Positions 7,195 to 15,973 of a stretch of 20,914 bases of DNA are shown here, piece after piece. The stretch comes from Candidatus Hydrothermarchaeota archaeon (GTDB lineage: Archaea; CAYFZR01): assembly GCA_046760505.1 (NCBI GenBank), contig JBHIEG010000027.1, positions 1 through 20,914 on the forward strand, given 5' to 3'. Below the pieces are notes generated by a model. It was not told the DNA's origin. It searched no databases and saw nothing but the letters and a program-made list of their open reading frames with translations. Position 1 is the first letter of the stretch. The number at the start of each line of letters is the position of its first letter. Position numbers and translations under genes: made by a program.

Positions 7195-7633
7195 CGTTGA
7201 TACCCCTCTTATAAAGCTCGTATTGTATGGGGATAAACAAGAATACCAGTCTACAATCATTTCGATCTAGTTTTTTTACTTTTTCTCTCACTTTTTCAAA
7301 ATCGTATTCTCCGATGTATCCGACAGTTGAGAGTACCAGCGATAGATAAATCTCATCCACCTTTAGTTCTTTAGTATAGGTCCCCATGAGCACATTTGTA
7401 AACCTGTCAGTTTGAGAAAATTCTATCAGGGGAGTTATTACTTGAGCAAAATCTCCTTCTTGTGCCTTTATTTCAACAAAATTTTTGGCGAACGTTGGAT
7501 AAATGTCTTCCAATTTTTCGCACAGGATATTAAAATCTTCTTCGTCAATGATTTTTTTCTTGAATGCCTCTTCTATAAAAATTCTTGCTGTAGAAAAGAA
7601 AGTTCTTATGCTCTGTTCTAACTCTGGATCCAT
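7187..7633 (-). CDS. Hypothetical protein
   Basis: 148-aa ORF with host-like composition filling the gap between two genes; no motif recognised. Confidence 0.7.
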   Translation of the reverse strand: MDPELEQSIRTFFSTARIFIEEAFKKKIIDEEDFNILCEKLEDIYPTFAKNFVEIKAQEGDFAQVITPLIEFSQTDRFTNVLMGTYTKELKVDEIYLSLVLSTVGYIGEYDFEKVREKVKKLDRNDCRLVFLFIPIQYELYKRGINVI

Positions 7634-7704
7634 ATTTGATCCCTTTTCGGTATTTCAACAATTATTTCACCACATTTATAATTGAGTTGTGTGTTAATCT
7701 ATTC

Positions 7705-8322
7705 ATGAAAAAAGGATACTTGCTTATAGGTTTTATGATAATGGTAATGGCCACCATATGTAATGCAGAGATGGAAAAAGTTCAGTTCCTGCCCAGTGAA
7801 TCTGCGGTGAAGAAATTTGATTTTATCGAAAATTACTCTTTAAATTCGTTGGTGGTCGTTGGAAGTAAATCTCCGGCCCTTGATGTGGTGAGCGCCTGCG
7901 ATATAGCCAGTGCATTGGGTTCTTTAACCGTTCCATATGTAGAGACATCTTATCCTGAAGAGTCTTTTGAGTACATGAACGTTGTGATAACTCTCGTGAA
8001 GACAGAGATTACCAAGGAAATTTCATTACTAAAAACACCTATATCAAGACTAGATACAGAATTAACTCCCGAAGACTTTGAAAACTACAACTTAATACTC
8101 GTGGGAGGTCCCAAGGTAAATATTCTCGTTCATGAGCTGCAGGAAGAAGGGAAACTGCCGTTTAACATAACTGCAGAGAAGCCAGGACCAGGTAAGGGCG
8201 CTGTGATGTTTCTGGATAATCCCTATGGAACAGGAAAAGATGTCCTAATCGTTGCAGGGAGCGATAGGGAAGGTACAAGAGAAGCCTCTCTCGCCTTGTT
8301 CAATCTCATCTTGAAGAACTGA
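7705..8322 (+). CDS. Secreted mini S-layer-like protein (Methanococcus/Thermococcus S-layer N- and C-terminal motifs)
   Basis: Signal peptide MKKGYLLIG..CNA; VVVGS..ALDVVSA.DIA..LG; NLILVGGP.VN; LIVAGSDREGT. Confidence 0.8.
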   Translation: MKKGYLLIGFMIMVMATICNAEMEKVQFLPSESAVKKFDFIENYSLNSLVVVGSKSPALDVVSACDIASALGSLTVPYVETSYPEESFEYMNVVITLVKTEITKEISLLKTPISRLDTELTPEDFENYNLILVGGPKVNILVHELQEEGKLPFNITAEKPGPGKGAVMFLDNPYGTGKDVLIVAGSDREGTREASLALFNLILKN

Positions 8323-9076
8323 AAAGATCGATGAAATGCTTTATGTGCAAAATATCTTCAGCTTCCTTCTCCTTTAGTTTAGGCTCAACTCTCTTCAATA
8401 ATTTTAAACCGAGGAGATCGATTTCCAGAGGATCAGTTCCTCCTATCATGTATCCCAAATCTCTTTTTGTCCCACCGTGCCTTATTTCTTGAGCCCCTAT
8501 CAAGACGCATATCGCATCCAATATGTATAGATCTGCTTTTCTCAAAAGATTTAACTCTGCTATTGATTTGTGTATATCTTTTAATCTCATGTGCATCTTT
8601 ATTCTTTCAAATCTAGGCAAGAAACCGAAATGATTCTTTAATGCCCCGGTTATTCCGCATGCACGATGAGTTTTTAGCACTGGAAGAGATACAACATAAT
8701 CTGCTTCGAGTAAAATCTTGAAAACTCGAATAGAATATTTATCAGGTTTTACTGTCTTTTCTTTGTATAAATTCAAAAGTTTTATTCCATATCTCTCGCA
8801 TACCTCGTTTAAAGCATGTTCTTTTATTATCCTATCTGAATTTCTTGCATCTACCGCTGGTGCATCCCCCACAATTATATCATTGCCTTCCAATTCTTTT
8901 ATAACTGTCTCCAAGGTTATAGGATGAGTTGTAGTTGGATAATCTTCGTATGATACGATATTTGGCTTAATGAGTATTTTTTTACCTTCAATTTCTTCCA
9001 TTTCTTCTCTAAACTTGTAAAAAATCTTCTTAACGAATTTTTCTCTATCTTTGGTCTTCTCACATATGGTTTTCAT
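8306..9076 (-). CDS. DUF362 domain protein
   Basis: KILIKPN, TTHP, SLPVLKTH, ITGALKN.FG, D...D motifs; start placed at ATG 9076. Confidence 0.85.
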   Translation of the reverse strand: MKTICEKTKDREKFVKKIFYKFREEMEEIEGKKILIKPNIVSYEDYPTTTHPITLETVIKELEGNDIIVGDAPAVDARNSDRIIKEHALNEVCERYGIKLLNLYKEKTVKPDKYSIRVFKILLEADYVVSLPVLKTHRACGITGALKNHFGFLPRFERIKMHMRLKDIHKSIAELNLLRKADLYILDAICVLIGAQEIRHGGTKRDLGYMIGGTDPLEIDLLGLKLLKRVEPKLKEKEAEDILHIKHFIDLFSSSR

Positions 9077-9113
9077 CGAAATCCCTTTAAGGTTCTTGCG
9101 ATATGATAATTTT

Positions 9114-9317
9114 ATGATAATCATTGAAAAAGACCTCTGCAAGGGATGTCATATATGCGTGGAATTCTGTCCGAGAGGCGTTTTGAAGATATCTGATAAA
9201 CTAAATAGGATAGGATACTTTTATGCTACTGTAAAGGATAAGGAAAAGTGCAATAAATGCAAAATATGCGAGAATTACTGCCCGGATTTTGCAATAAGGA
9301 TTGAGGAAAATGAGTGA
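9114..9317 (+). CDS. korD: 2x[4Fe-4S] ferredoxin, delta subunit of 2-oxoacid:ferredoxin oxidoreductase
   Basis: CKGCHICVEFCP and CNKCKICENYCPDFAI; first gene of the cluster; start ATG 9114. Confidence 0.88.
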   Translation: MIIIEKDLCKGCHICVEFCPRGVLKISDKLNRIGYFYATVKDKEKCNKCKICENYCPDFAIRIEENE

Positions 9318-10401
9318 GACAAGATTCATCCAAGGCAATACGGCATGCGCCGAAGCATCTCTGCTAGCAGGATGCAGGTTCTTCGCTGGGTATCCTATTA
9401 CTCCTTCTACAGAGATAATGGAAAGGCTTGCAATAAGGATGCCTGAGGTAGGAGGAGTCTTCATCCAGATGGAAGACGAAATAGGAAGTATAATGGCAGT
9501 GATAGGGGCTTCGTGGGCAGGAAAGAAGGCTATGACCGCTACATCAGGTCCAGGGCTCAGCCTTATGCAGGAAGGCATAAGTTATGCATGCATGACCGAA
9601 ACTCCGTGCGTTATAGTTGATGTACAGAGAGGAGGTCCGGCAACAGGAATGCCTACGTTGCCTTCCCAGTCAGATGTGATGGCATCAAGATACGGAGGTC
9701 ATGGAGACTATGAAACAATCGTATATGCTCCATCCAGCGTTCAGGAGATGTTTGATTTTACTGTTAGATGTTTCAACATGGCAGAAAAATACAGAGTGCC
9801 ATGCATTCTTCTCTCCGATGCTATCGTGGCACATTTAAGAGAAAAAATAGAAATACCTACAGAAGTAGAGGTTTATGAGAGAAAAGAACCAAAAAAAGGA
9901 GAAAATTATTTTTTACCCGATGAAAGTCTTGTTCCAAAAATGCCCACATTAGGTAAAGGATTTAGGGCGCACATAACAGGCTTAACCCATGATACGAAAG
10001 GTTTTCCTACTCCATCAGATACCGGGATACATCAAAATCTCGTTCAAAGGTTGAAAGATAAAATAAGAAAGAACATAGACGATATTTCTGATATAGAGGT
10101 CATCAACGAAGATGCCGACATATTTTTACTCTCCTACGGATCTGTCGCTAGATCATGTCTTCAAGCATTAATGGAAAAAGGAAGTCTCAACATAGGTATG
10201 GTAAGATTGAAAAGCATCTGGCCTTTCCACTATGAAAAGATCTCAGAGATACTAGAGGGTAAAAAGGTCTTGGTTGTGGAGATGAATCTCGGGCAAATTT
10301 TCAATATCATACGACTGATTTCTAAAAAAGCAACTTTAATGAGTTTTTTTGGAGATATACCAAGTCCTGAGGATATACTGAAAAAAATAAGGAGCATTTG
10401 A
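9310..10401 (+). CDS. korA: 2-oxoacid (probably 2-oxoglutarate):ferredoxin oxidoreductase alpha subunit
   Basis: GNTA, FAGYPITPSTE, QMEDEI, TATSGPG, QRGGP, VVEMNLGQ; start ATG 9310. Confidence 0.9.
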   Translation: MSETRFIQGNTACAEASLLAGCRFFAGYPITPSTEIMERLAIRMPEVGGVFIQMEDEIGSIMAVIGASWAGKKAMTATSGPGLSLMQEGISYACMTETPCVIVDVQRGGPATGMPTLPSQSDVMASRYGGHGDYETIVYAPSSVQEMFDFTVRCFNMAEKYRVPCILLSDAIVAHLREKIEIPTEVEVYERKEPKKGENYFLPDESLVPKMPTLGKGFRAHITGLTHDTKGFPTPSDTGIHQNLVQRLKDKIRKNIDDISDIEVINEDADIFLLSYGSVARSCLQALMEKGSLNIGMVRLKSIWPFHYEKISEILEGKKVLVVEMNLGQIFNIIRLISKKATLMSFFGDIPSPEDILKKIRSI

Positions 10402-10402
10402 G

Positions 10403-11230
10403 ATGTACATGGATTTGATAAGGAGAGATAGGCTTCCACACATATGGTGCAGGGGTTGCGGTATAGGAACTGTATTAAAGTGCTTGCTAAGAGCTATTTC
10501 AGATAGAGACCCTGAGAAGATAGTTTTAGTCTCGGGAATAGGATGTAGCGGGAGAGCAGGAGGATACGTATTTGCTGATTCCATTCATACTCCTCATGGA
10601 AGAGCCATACCTATTGCAACTGGAATTAAGCTATCAAATCCTGATTTAGACGTAATTGTATTCTCTGGCGACGGAGACCTAGTAGCGATAGGAGGAAATC
10701 ATCTTATCCATGCTGCGAGGAAGAACATAGATGTTACATGTATATGCATAAACAACGGAATCTTTGCCATGACTGGCGGTCAGATGGCTCCAACAACTCC
10801 AAGCGGGGCGATAACTAAAACAACTCCATACGGAAACACCGCAAGTAAAATAGACATTGCAAAGTTGGTAGTTGCTTCGGGCGCAAATTATGTTGCAAGG
10901 TGGACTACCTATCACGCGAACGATATCACGAAATCAATAAAAAAAGCCCTCGATAAAGAAGGATTTAGATTTATAGAGGTTTTGACTCAATGTCCCACCG
11001 TATTTGGAGTTTATAACTTGATGCCAGAGGGTTACGAAGCGATGAGGTGGTATAAGGAAAATTCTGTGAGGATTGAGAAGATTAAGGAGGAAAAAGAACC
11101 TTCATTAAGATTAGAAGAGAAAATAATCATCGGAGAGTTCGCCGATAGAGATAGGCATGGCTTGGTAAGAGAATTCAGGGAGAGAATCCAGATGCTGAGG
11201 TGGATGGAGATTGCAAAAAAGAGAGGTTAG
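10403..11230 (+). CDS. korB: 2-oxoacid:ferredoxin oxidoreductase beta subunit (TPP-binding)
   Basis: WCRGCG, SGIGCS, HGRAIP, GDGD..NN TPP motif, MTGGQ. Confidence 0.92.
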   Translation: MYMDLIRRDRLPHIWCRGCGIGTVLKCLLRAISDRDPEKIVLVSGIGCSGRAGGYVFADSIHTPHGRAIPIATGIKLSNPDLDVIVFSGDGDLVAIGGNHLIHAARKNIDVTCICINNGIFAMTGGQMAPTTPSGAITKTTPYGNTASKIDIAKLVVASGANYVARWTTYHANDITKSIKKALDKEGFRFIEVLTQCPTVFGVYNLMPEGYEAMRWYKENSVRIEKIKEEKEPSLRLEEKIIIGEFADRDRHGLVREFRERIQMLRWMEIAKKRG

Positions 11231-11741
11231 ATTCTCAGGCATAGGAGGACAAGGAATAGTCCTGATGGCATTGCTTTATGCGAGAGGTGCATCTTTGAAG
11301 GGATTAAACGTATCTCAGACCCCAAGTTATGGAGCAGAGAAGAGAGGAACATTTTCTCAAGCAGATGTGATTATATCAGAGAACGAGATAGTCTATCCAA
11401 AGGCTCGAGGACTGGATCTATACGTCTCGATGCATCAGGAAAAATTTGATGAAAATCTAAGATTCTTAAAGAAAGAAGGAGTCTTATTCGTTGATGAGGA
11501 TCTTGTTTTTACAGAGAAGAATGCATATAAGGTTCCTTCTACAAAACTTGCTCATAAAATAGGAAACAAGATGGTGGCAAACGTAATAATGCTCGGTGCA
11601 CTCTCCGTTATAGATAATATCGTAGACGAAAGAGTTTTAAAAAAGGCTATAAATGACACCCTTCCAGAGGCATTTATAGATGTCAACATCCAAGCCTTAA
11701 AAGAGGGTATCAAGTATGCAGATGAATTTTTGAGGAGGTGA
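11211..11741 (+). CDS. korC: 2-oxoacid:ferredoxin oxidoreductase gamma subunit
   Basis: SGIGGQG, SYGAEKRG, NVIMLGA; TTG start overlapping korB. Confidence 0.9.
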   Translation: MQKREVRFSGIGGQGIVLMALLYARGASLKGLNVSQTPSYGAEKRGTFSQADVIISENEIVYPKARGLDLYVSMHQEKFDENLRFLKKEGVLFVDEDLVFTEKNAYKVPSTKLAHKIGNKMVANVIMLGALSVIDNIVDERVLKKAINDTLPEAFIDVNIQALKEGIKYADEFLRR

Positions 11742-11746
11742 ATTAA

Positions 11747-12040
11747 TTGCCTGTGTTTTATGTTGAAAAAGAAAACTACAAAAAGGTAAGATCGATAGTG
11801 GAGAAAGATCCCTTTATCAGACACACCGTCTATCTGAAAGATGCAGGTACATTGGGATTTGAAAAAACCGGCTACTACTTGTATCTCTCGGCTCCACCAG
11901 ACATAGTTGAAGAAGCAAAAGAAAAACTTGAAGAACTTGCAAATCTTGTGGAAGAGAAAGAGAGCGAAAAAGTCATTGAAGCAATTAAAAGCGAAGAGGA
12001 AAAGGTTGAAGAAGGCGTAGGATTTTTATTCGGCGATTGA
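11747..12040 (+). CDS. Hypothetical protein with acidic ..GVGFLFGD C-terminus
   Basis: GGAGGTGA SD plus TTG; tightly packed between korC and the MazG-like gene. Confidence 0.85.
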   Translation: MPVFYVEKENYKKVRSIVEKDPFIRHTVYLKDAGTLGFEKTGYYLYLSAPPDIVEEAKEKLEELANLVEEKESEKVIEAIKSEEEKVEEGVGFLFGD

Positions 12041-12041
12041 A

Positions 12042-12365
12042 ATGGATTTAGATCTTTTCCAGAAGAGAATGAATGAAATATTTGGGGACTTTGATAGAGA
12101 AAGCGGTCCCTTCTTTCTTGCCACCGTTTTGATGAGTGAGATCGGAGAACTCGCAGATGCTATTAAAAAAGATGAAAAGAGCGCAATAGAAGAGGAATTA
12201 TCAGATATAATTTTTTCTACGGTGGCAATAGCAAATTTATACCAAATAAGAATATCTGAAAAGTTAAAGGAAAAATACATTGATAGGAATGTAAGGGAGA
12301 TAATTGAAGGCTGGAACGAGCCTTACATAAAGGATAGACTGAAGAGACTTAGGAACAGCCTTTAA
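12042..12365 (+). CDS. MazG-like nucleoside triphosphate pyrophosphohydrolase
   Basis: EIGELADAI ... EEELSDI (ExxE...ExxD), IAN. Confidence 0.85.
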   Translation: MDLDLFQKRMNEIFGDFDRESGPFFLATVLMSEIGELADAIKKDEKSAIEEELSDIIFSTVAIANLYQIRISEKLKEKYIDRNVREIIEGWNEPYIKDRLKRLRNSL

Positions 12366-12383
12366 GTTAAGGAAGACTGTACT

Positions 12384-12707
12384 ATGATTTCAGATCTCAG
12401 TTTGTGGAAAAAGGGGTTGATTGTGGGTTTATTAATCGGAATTTTATCCTCCTCTGCATGTTCACTGGTGGCAAAATCAAACCCCTCGCAATATCTGGGT
12501 TTTACCGTGGCCCTCTTTTATCTGCCTGTCTATCCCATCACAGTTCTATTCCTTTTTGGTTTGTTTTATCCTGCTCTGTTCATACTCGGAGAGTCGAATA
12601 TTGAGATTCTAACTATTTGGTTCTTCGTAGTTTGCGTGCTTAGTTGGGCTGTAGGAGGTATCATCTATGCCTATATATTCTCCTATGCACGTAAGTTTCT
12701 CAGATGA
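12384..12707 (+). CDS. Hypothetical membrane protein
   Basis: About three hydrophobic segments; AAGGAAG upstream. Confidence 0.7.
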   Translation: MISDLSLWKKGLIVGLLIGILSSSACSLVAKSNPSQYLGFTVALFYLPVYPITVLFLFGLFYPALFILGESNIEILTIWFFVVCVLSWAVGGIIYAYIFSYARKFLR

Positions 12708-12778
12708 CTTATTTAAATCCTCTAAAGATGTCAAAAATGCATGAGAATCATTTTTCTTTTTAAACTCTAAAGAAGAGG

Positions 12779-12850
12779 TGCGGCCGCCGGGATTTGAACC
12801 CGGGTCGTTGGCTTGGAAGGCCAAAGTCCTAACCACTAGACTACGGCCGC
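12779..12850 (-). tRNA. tRNA-Gly(TCC)
   Basis: GCGGCCGTAGTCTAGTGGTTAGGACTTTGGCCTTCCAAGCCAACGACCCGGGTTCAAATCCCGGCGGCCGCA; full cloverleaf, no intron; TATATAAA upstream at about 12877-12884. Confidence 0.97.
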
Positions 12851-12868
12851 CCAAAAACTTGGTGTACA

Positions 12869-13750
12869 TCACAGATTTATATATTTGTTGCTTAAGTATT
12901 CTTCTAATCTACTGTTTACTTCTTTCTCTGTAGGTATTTTTGAACATCCCATACTTTCAAGGACTATTGATGCCAGTGAAGATGCAAATAAACCGCATTT
13001 TTCTATATCTTCTCCTTTAATGAACTTATAAAGGAAACCCGTTATAAAAACGTCTCCAGCACCAGTTGGATCTACCACCTCTCTGGGTGGTATAACTGGA
13101 ATATCTATCCTTTTTTTCTCATAAATAGTAGATCCTCTATCTCCCTTTGTCACGATTACTAAATCACAGTACTTTTTTATCTTTTCTACTGCTCTTTCTT
13201 CATATTTAGAAACATTCCTCAATTCTTCATCACTTATTTTTATTAAATCCACGTGTTTTAGAAATAAATCCATATCTTCCCATTTTTTCGAAACAACTGA
13301 GTTTTTCTCTATTTTTCTAAAAAAACCCTGAGGATCTAATGAAATAAATTTGTCTCCTAGTTCTTGAAATACACCGAGAGAAATCTCATCCAATACTGGA
13401 CATAAATGGATATAATTTATTTTTTTGTATCTCTCGGGAAAATCTTCTATTTTTATTTTGGTACATTTGTGCATAACTCTCTGAGTTCTTCTAAAATTTT
13501 TGTCGTAGAAATTTATGAATGTCGTCGTTTGGTTTTCTTTTTTCACACCCTCTACATCTATGCCTCGAGAGATAAATTCATCGAGTGCAAAATCCCTTCC
13601 AACCTTTGAGACAATTCCGCACCTTAATCCGAGATTGGAGGCACAAAGAGATCCATATGTTACGGAGCCTCCTATGCTGAAATTTTTTTCATTCTCAATT
13701 TCTATGATGTCACGAGTAATATGTCCGCAGAATATGATATCTAACTTCAT
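12869..13750 (-). CDS. PfkB/ribokinase family carbohydrate kinase
   Basis: IGGS..Y, SLDPQG, VTKGDRGS, VDPTGAGDVF..GF. Confidence 0.92.
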   Translation of the reverse strand: MKLDIIFCGHITRDIIEIENEKNFSIGGSVTYGSLCASNLGLRCGIVSKVGRDFALDEFISRGIDVEGVKKENQTTTFINFYDKNFRRTQRVMHKCTKIKIEDFPERYKKINYIHLCPVLDEISLGVFQELGDKFISLDPQGFFRKIEKNSVVSKKWEDMDLFLKHVDLIKISDEELRNVSKYEERAVEKIKKYCDLVIVTKGDRGSTIYEKKRIDIPVIPPREVVDPTGAGDVFITGFLYKFIKGEDIEKCGLFASSLASIVLESMGCSKIPTEKEVNSRLEEYLSNKYINL

Positions 13751-13841
13751 GAATTTTAGTTATGTTTTTCTTCCTTATAAACACTCAGAATCAAAATTAA
13801 TATATACATTAAAGTTCCAAAAAAAGATGGAGGTGAATTAA

Positions 13842-14174
13842 TTGTTTGAAGAGAGGGAAATCAAAAGATTTGGCGTCTTTTCAGTTTTCAAGATATCATT
13901 CGTCATATATTTCGTAATATTTTTGATCTTCGGATTGATCATGGCCTTAATACTAGCCCTGGGGATTGGTGGCGCAATGATGCCTGCCTTCCATCATCAA
14001 TTTGGCCTTCCAACCGGAGGGGGAACCTCCATGACATTTGCCATTGGGGTAGCAAGTGCTATCATAGGCTCTATAGTATACGGGATTTTTGGCGGCATCA
14101 TGCTCGCTATCATGGCGTTGGTCTATAACATAGTTGCTTCTCTGGTAGGCGGGGTGAAGGTAAAGGTAGAATGA
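13842..14174 (+). CDS. Small membrane protein, DUF3566-like
   Basis: IKRFGVFSVFK N-terminus, two TM helices, YNIVA..VGGVKV C-terminus; GGAGGTGA SD plus TTG. Confidence 0.75.
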   Translation: MFEEREIKRFGVFSVFKISFVIYFVIFLIFGLIMALILALGIGGAMMPAFHHQFGLPTGGGTSMTFAIGVASAIIGSIVYGIFGGIMLAIMALVYNIVASLVGGVKVKVE

Positions 14175-14292
14175 TCTATACTATGTTATACTACATCGTA
14201 TCTATATTACATTGCATCTACTCGAAATATCAAAAGTATGAGAGGAATTAAAATAATCTGTCATAAAATAACCTGTCATTGAATTGATATAA

Positions 14293-14697
14293 ATGAAAGG
14301 TAGAGAAAACCTACTGTTGGACTGGCTTACAGGCTTGGTTTTGGTAATAGAGAAATTCTGTGGAAAAGAAGCCTCATTTTTAATGAGAAAAACCGGAGAG
14401 AATACCGCGAAATTATTGATAGAAAGGAGATGCCCTAAAAACCTTAAAGAATTAATTGAAGATGATGTGATGAAAAAACATGGTATGAAATTCGAATTAG
14501 AAGAGAGAGAAGATGGGATTATAGTAAGAATGTTTGAGTGTCCTTTTAATAAAAATAACCCAAACAAACTTTTTTGCCACTTCACAGATTCTTACTGGGG
14601 AGAGATAGGAAAGTACTACGATCATGAGGTTGAAGTAAAAAAAAGAATAGCAGACGGAGAAGATTATTGCGAGTTAATACTTAGAAGGAGATTTTAA
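14293..14697 (+). CDS. Stand-alone V4R/ATC-hydrolase-like small ligand- or metal-binding domain protein
   Basis: ECPF...FC ... RIADGEDYCEL pattern typical of V4R-clan domains. Confidence 0.7.
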   Translation: MKGRENLLLDWLTGLVLVIEKFCGKEASFLMRKTGENTAKLLIERRCPKNLKELIEDDVMKKHGMKFELEEREDGIIVRMFECPFNKNNPNKLFCHFTDSYWGEIGKYYDHEVEVKKRIADGEDYCELILRRRF

Positions 14698-14713
14698 AGT
14701 ATTTTATACTGAA
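14682..14713. repeat. Dispersed copy of the 4856 repeat core
   Basis: tagaaggagattttaaagtattttatactgaa versus 4856-4887: 30/32 identical. Confidence 0.85.
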
Positions 14714-14798
14714 ATGTTTATTTTTATTAATCAAAATTTAAAATCCTAATTTTTGTAGTCGGTAACTTTATGTAAGGATAGAAACAAACTACATTAAG

Positions 14799-14996
14799 AT
14801 GTCTGAAGAGAGATTAAGGCTAATCGAGAAAAGATTATCAGAAAATGAAAAGAAGTTAACGGAATTAGACAAATTATTTAAGAATGGGGAGATTACAGAA
14901 GACGAATATACAGCCCACCTGTACACACTCGAAAAAAATAAGGAGTCTCTGAAGGACATGGTTGAAATTCTTAAAAAAGACATGACTGATAAGTAA
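14799..14996 (+). CDS. Small coiled-coil protein with SHOCT-like segment
   Basis: L.EL..L...GEITEDEY motif; 65 aa. Confidence 0.7.
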   Translation: MSEERLRLIEKRLSENEKKLTELDKLFKNGEITEDEYTAHLYTLEKNKESLKDMVEILKKDMTDK

Positions 14997-15092
14997 TTTT
15001 CCAGAATCTTCTCCTTCGTTGTTAAAGTATATAAGGTATAATCTCGAGAGAGTAATTTTCCGTAAACTCTTTACAAAATACCCAATATTTTC

Positions 15093-15965
15093 ATGGATTT
15101 GGAGATGGAAATGGATGAATTCGAGGGATATGTAAAGATAGCTCTCGGAGCAATTTTAATGGGTTCTGTTGGAATATTTGTAAAGAGCACCACCGGAATG
15201 AATGTAGGATCAATAGTCTTCTTCAGAACGTTCATCGGGTTTGTCATCCTATTCTCAGTTTTTTACTTTTCTAGGCATTTAACTATCTTTAAGGATAAAT
15301 CAGATCTTAAATATTTGGTTTTGTCAGGAATACTCACAGGATCTACAATTTTTTTATATTTTAAAACTATGAAGGAGATTTCGATATCGGTTGCGATTCT
15401 GTTATTGTACACCGCGCCTGTTTTTGTGGCAATACTTTCTCCGGTGTTGATTAAAGAGGGAATCACAAAAATAACCTTGGTATCTCTATTTTTCTCAATT
15501 TTAGGTATAGTTCTCATCGCTGAACCATATAAATTGGGCTTAGGTTCACAATACTTTTTTGGAATCTCTATTGGAGTCCTCTCTGGTCTTACATATGGTC
15601 TAGAAATGATAACCGCGAGGTATCTCTCTCAAATGTACTCTGGTATTACATTAGCGGTTTGGGTGAATCTGATCACATCTTTCATGTTTTTCCCCTTTGC
15701 TTTAAAAACCCCATACCATGTGATAATGGAAAATGCGGTGATTTTAGTCTTCCTTGGATTGATACCAACTGCAATAGCCTTTTCTCTGTACTTCTCTGGG
15801 TTTAAGAAGGTGAAAGCTTCAAATGCGAGCATAATATCTCTGTTGGAGCCTGTAAGTGGGGTCTTTTTGGCATTTTTAATAATGAATGAGGAATTGAAAA
15901 TGAATGTGGTGTTAGGTGGCTTTCTTATTTTATTTAGCGTGTATTTATTAGTTAGAACCGATTAA
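15093..15965 (+). CDS. EamA/DMT family transporter
   Basis: About ten TM helices in two repeats; LLYTAPVF...KE; ASIISLLEPV. Confidence 0.92.
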   Translation: MDLEMEMDEFEGYVKIALGAILMGSVGIFVKSTTGMNVGSIVFFRTFIGFVILFSVFYFSRHLTIFKDKSDLKYLVLSGILTGSTIFLYFKTMKEISISVAILLLYTAPVFVAILSPVLIKEGITKITLVSLFFSILGIVLIAEPYKLGLGSQYFFGISIGVLSGLTYGLEMITARYLSQMYSGITLAVWVNLITSFMFFPFALKTPYHVIMENAVILVFLGLIPTAIAFSLYFSGFKKVKASNASIISLLEPVSGVFLAFLIMNEELKMNVVLGGFLILFSVYLLVRTD

Positions 15966-15973
15966 ATATAATT

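Noticed and set aside
12609-12872. 87-aa ORF in the track
   Set aside because: It is a translation of tRNA-Gly and its flanks
4856-14713. Mobile element delimited by the two 32-bp direct repeats
   Set aside because: The interior is housekeeping-like (mobB, htpX, kor, tRNA-Gly) with no recombinase or replication gene; kept only as a dispersed repeat
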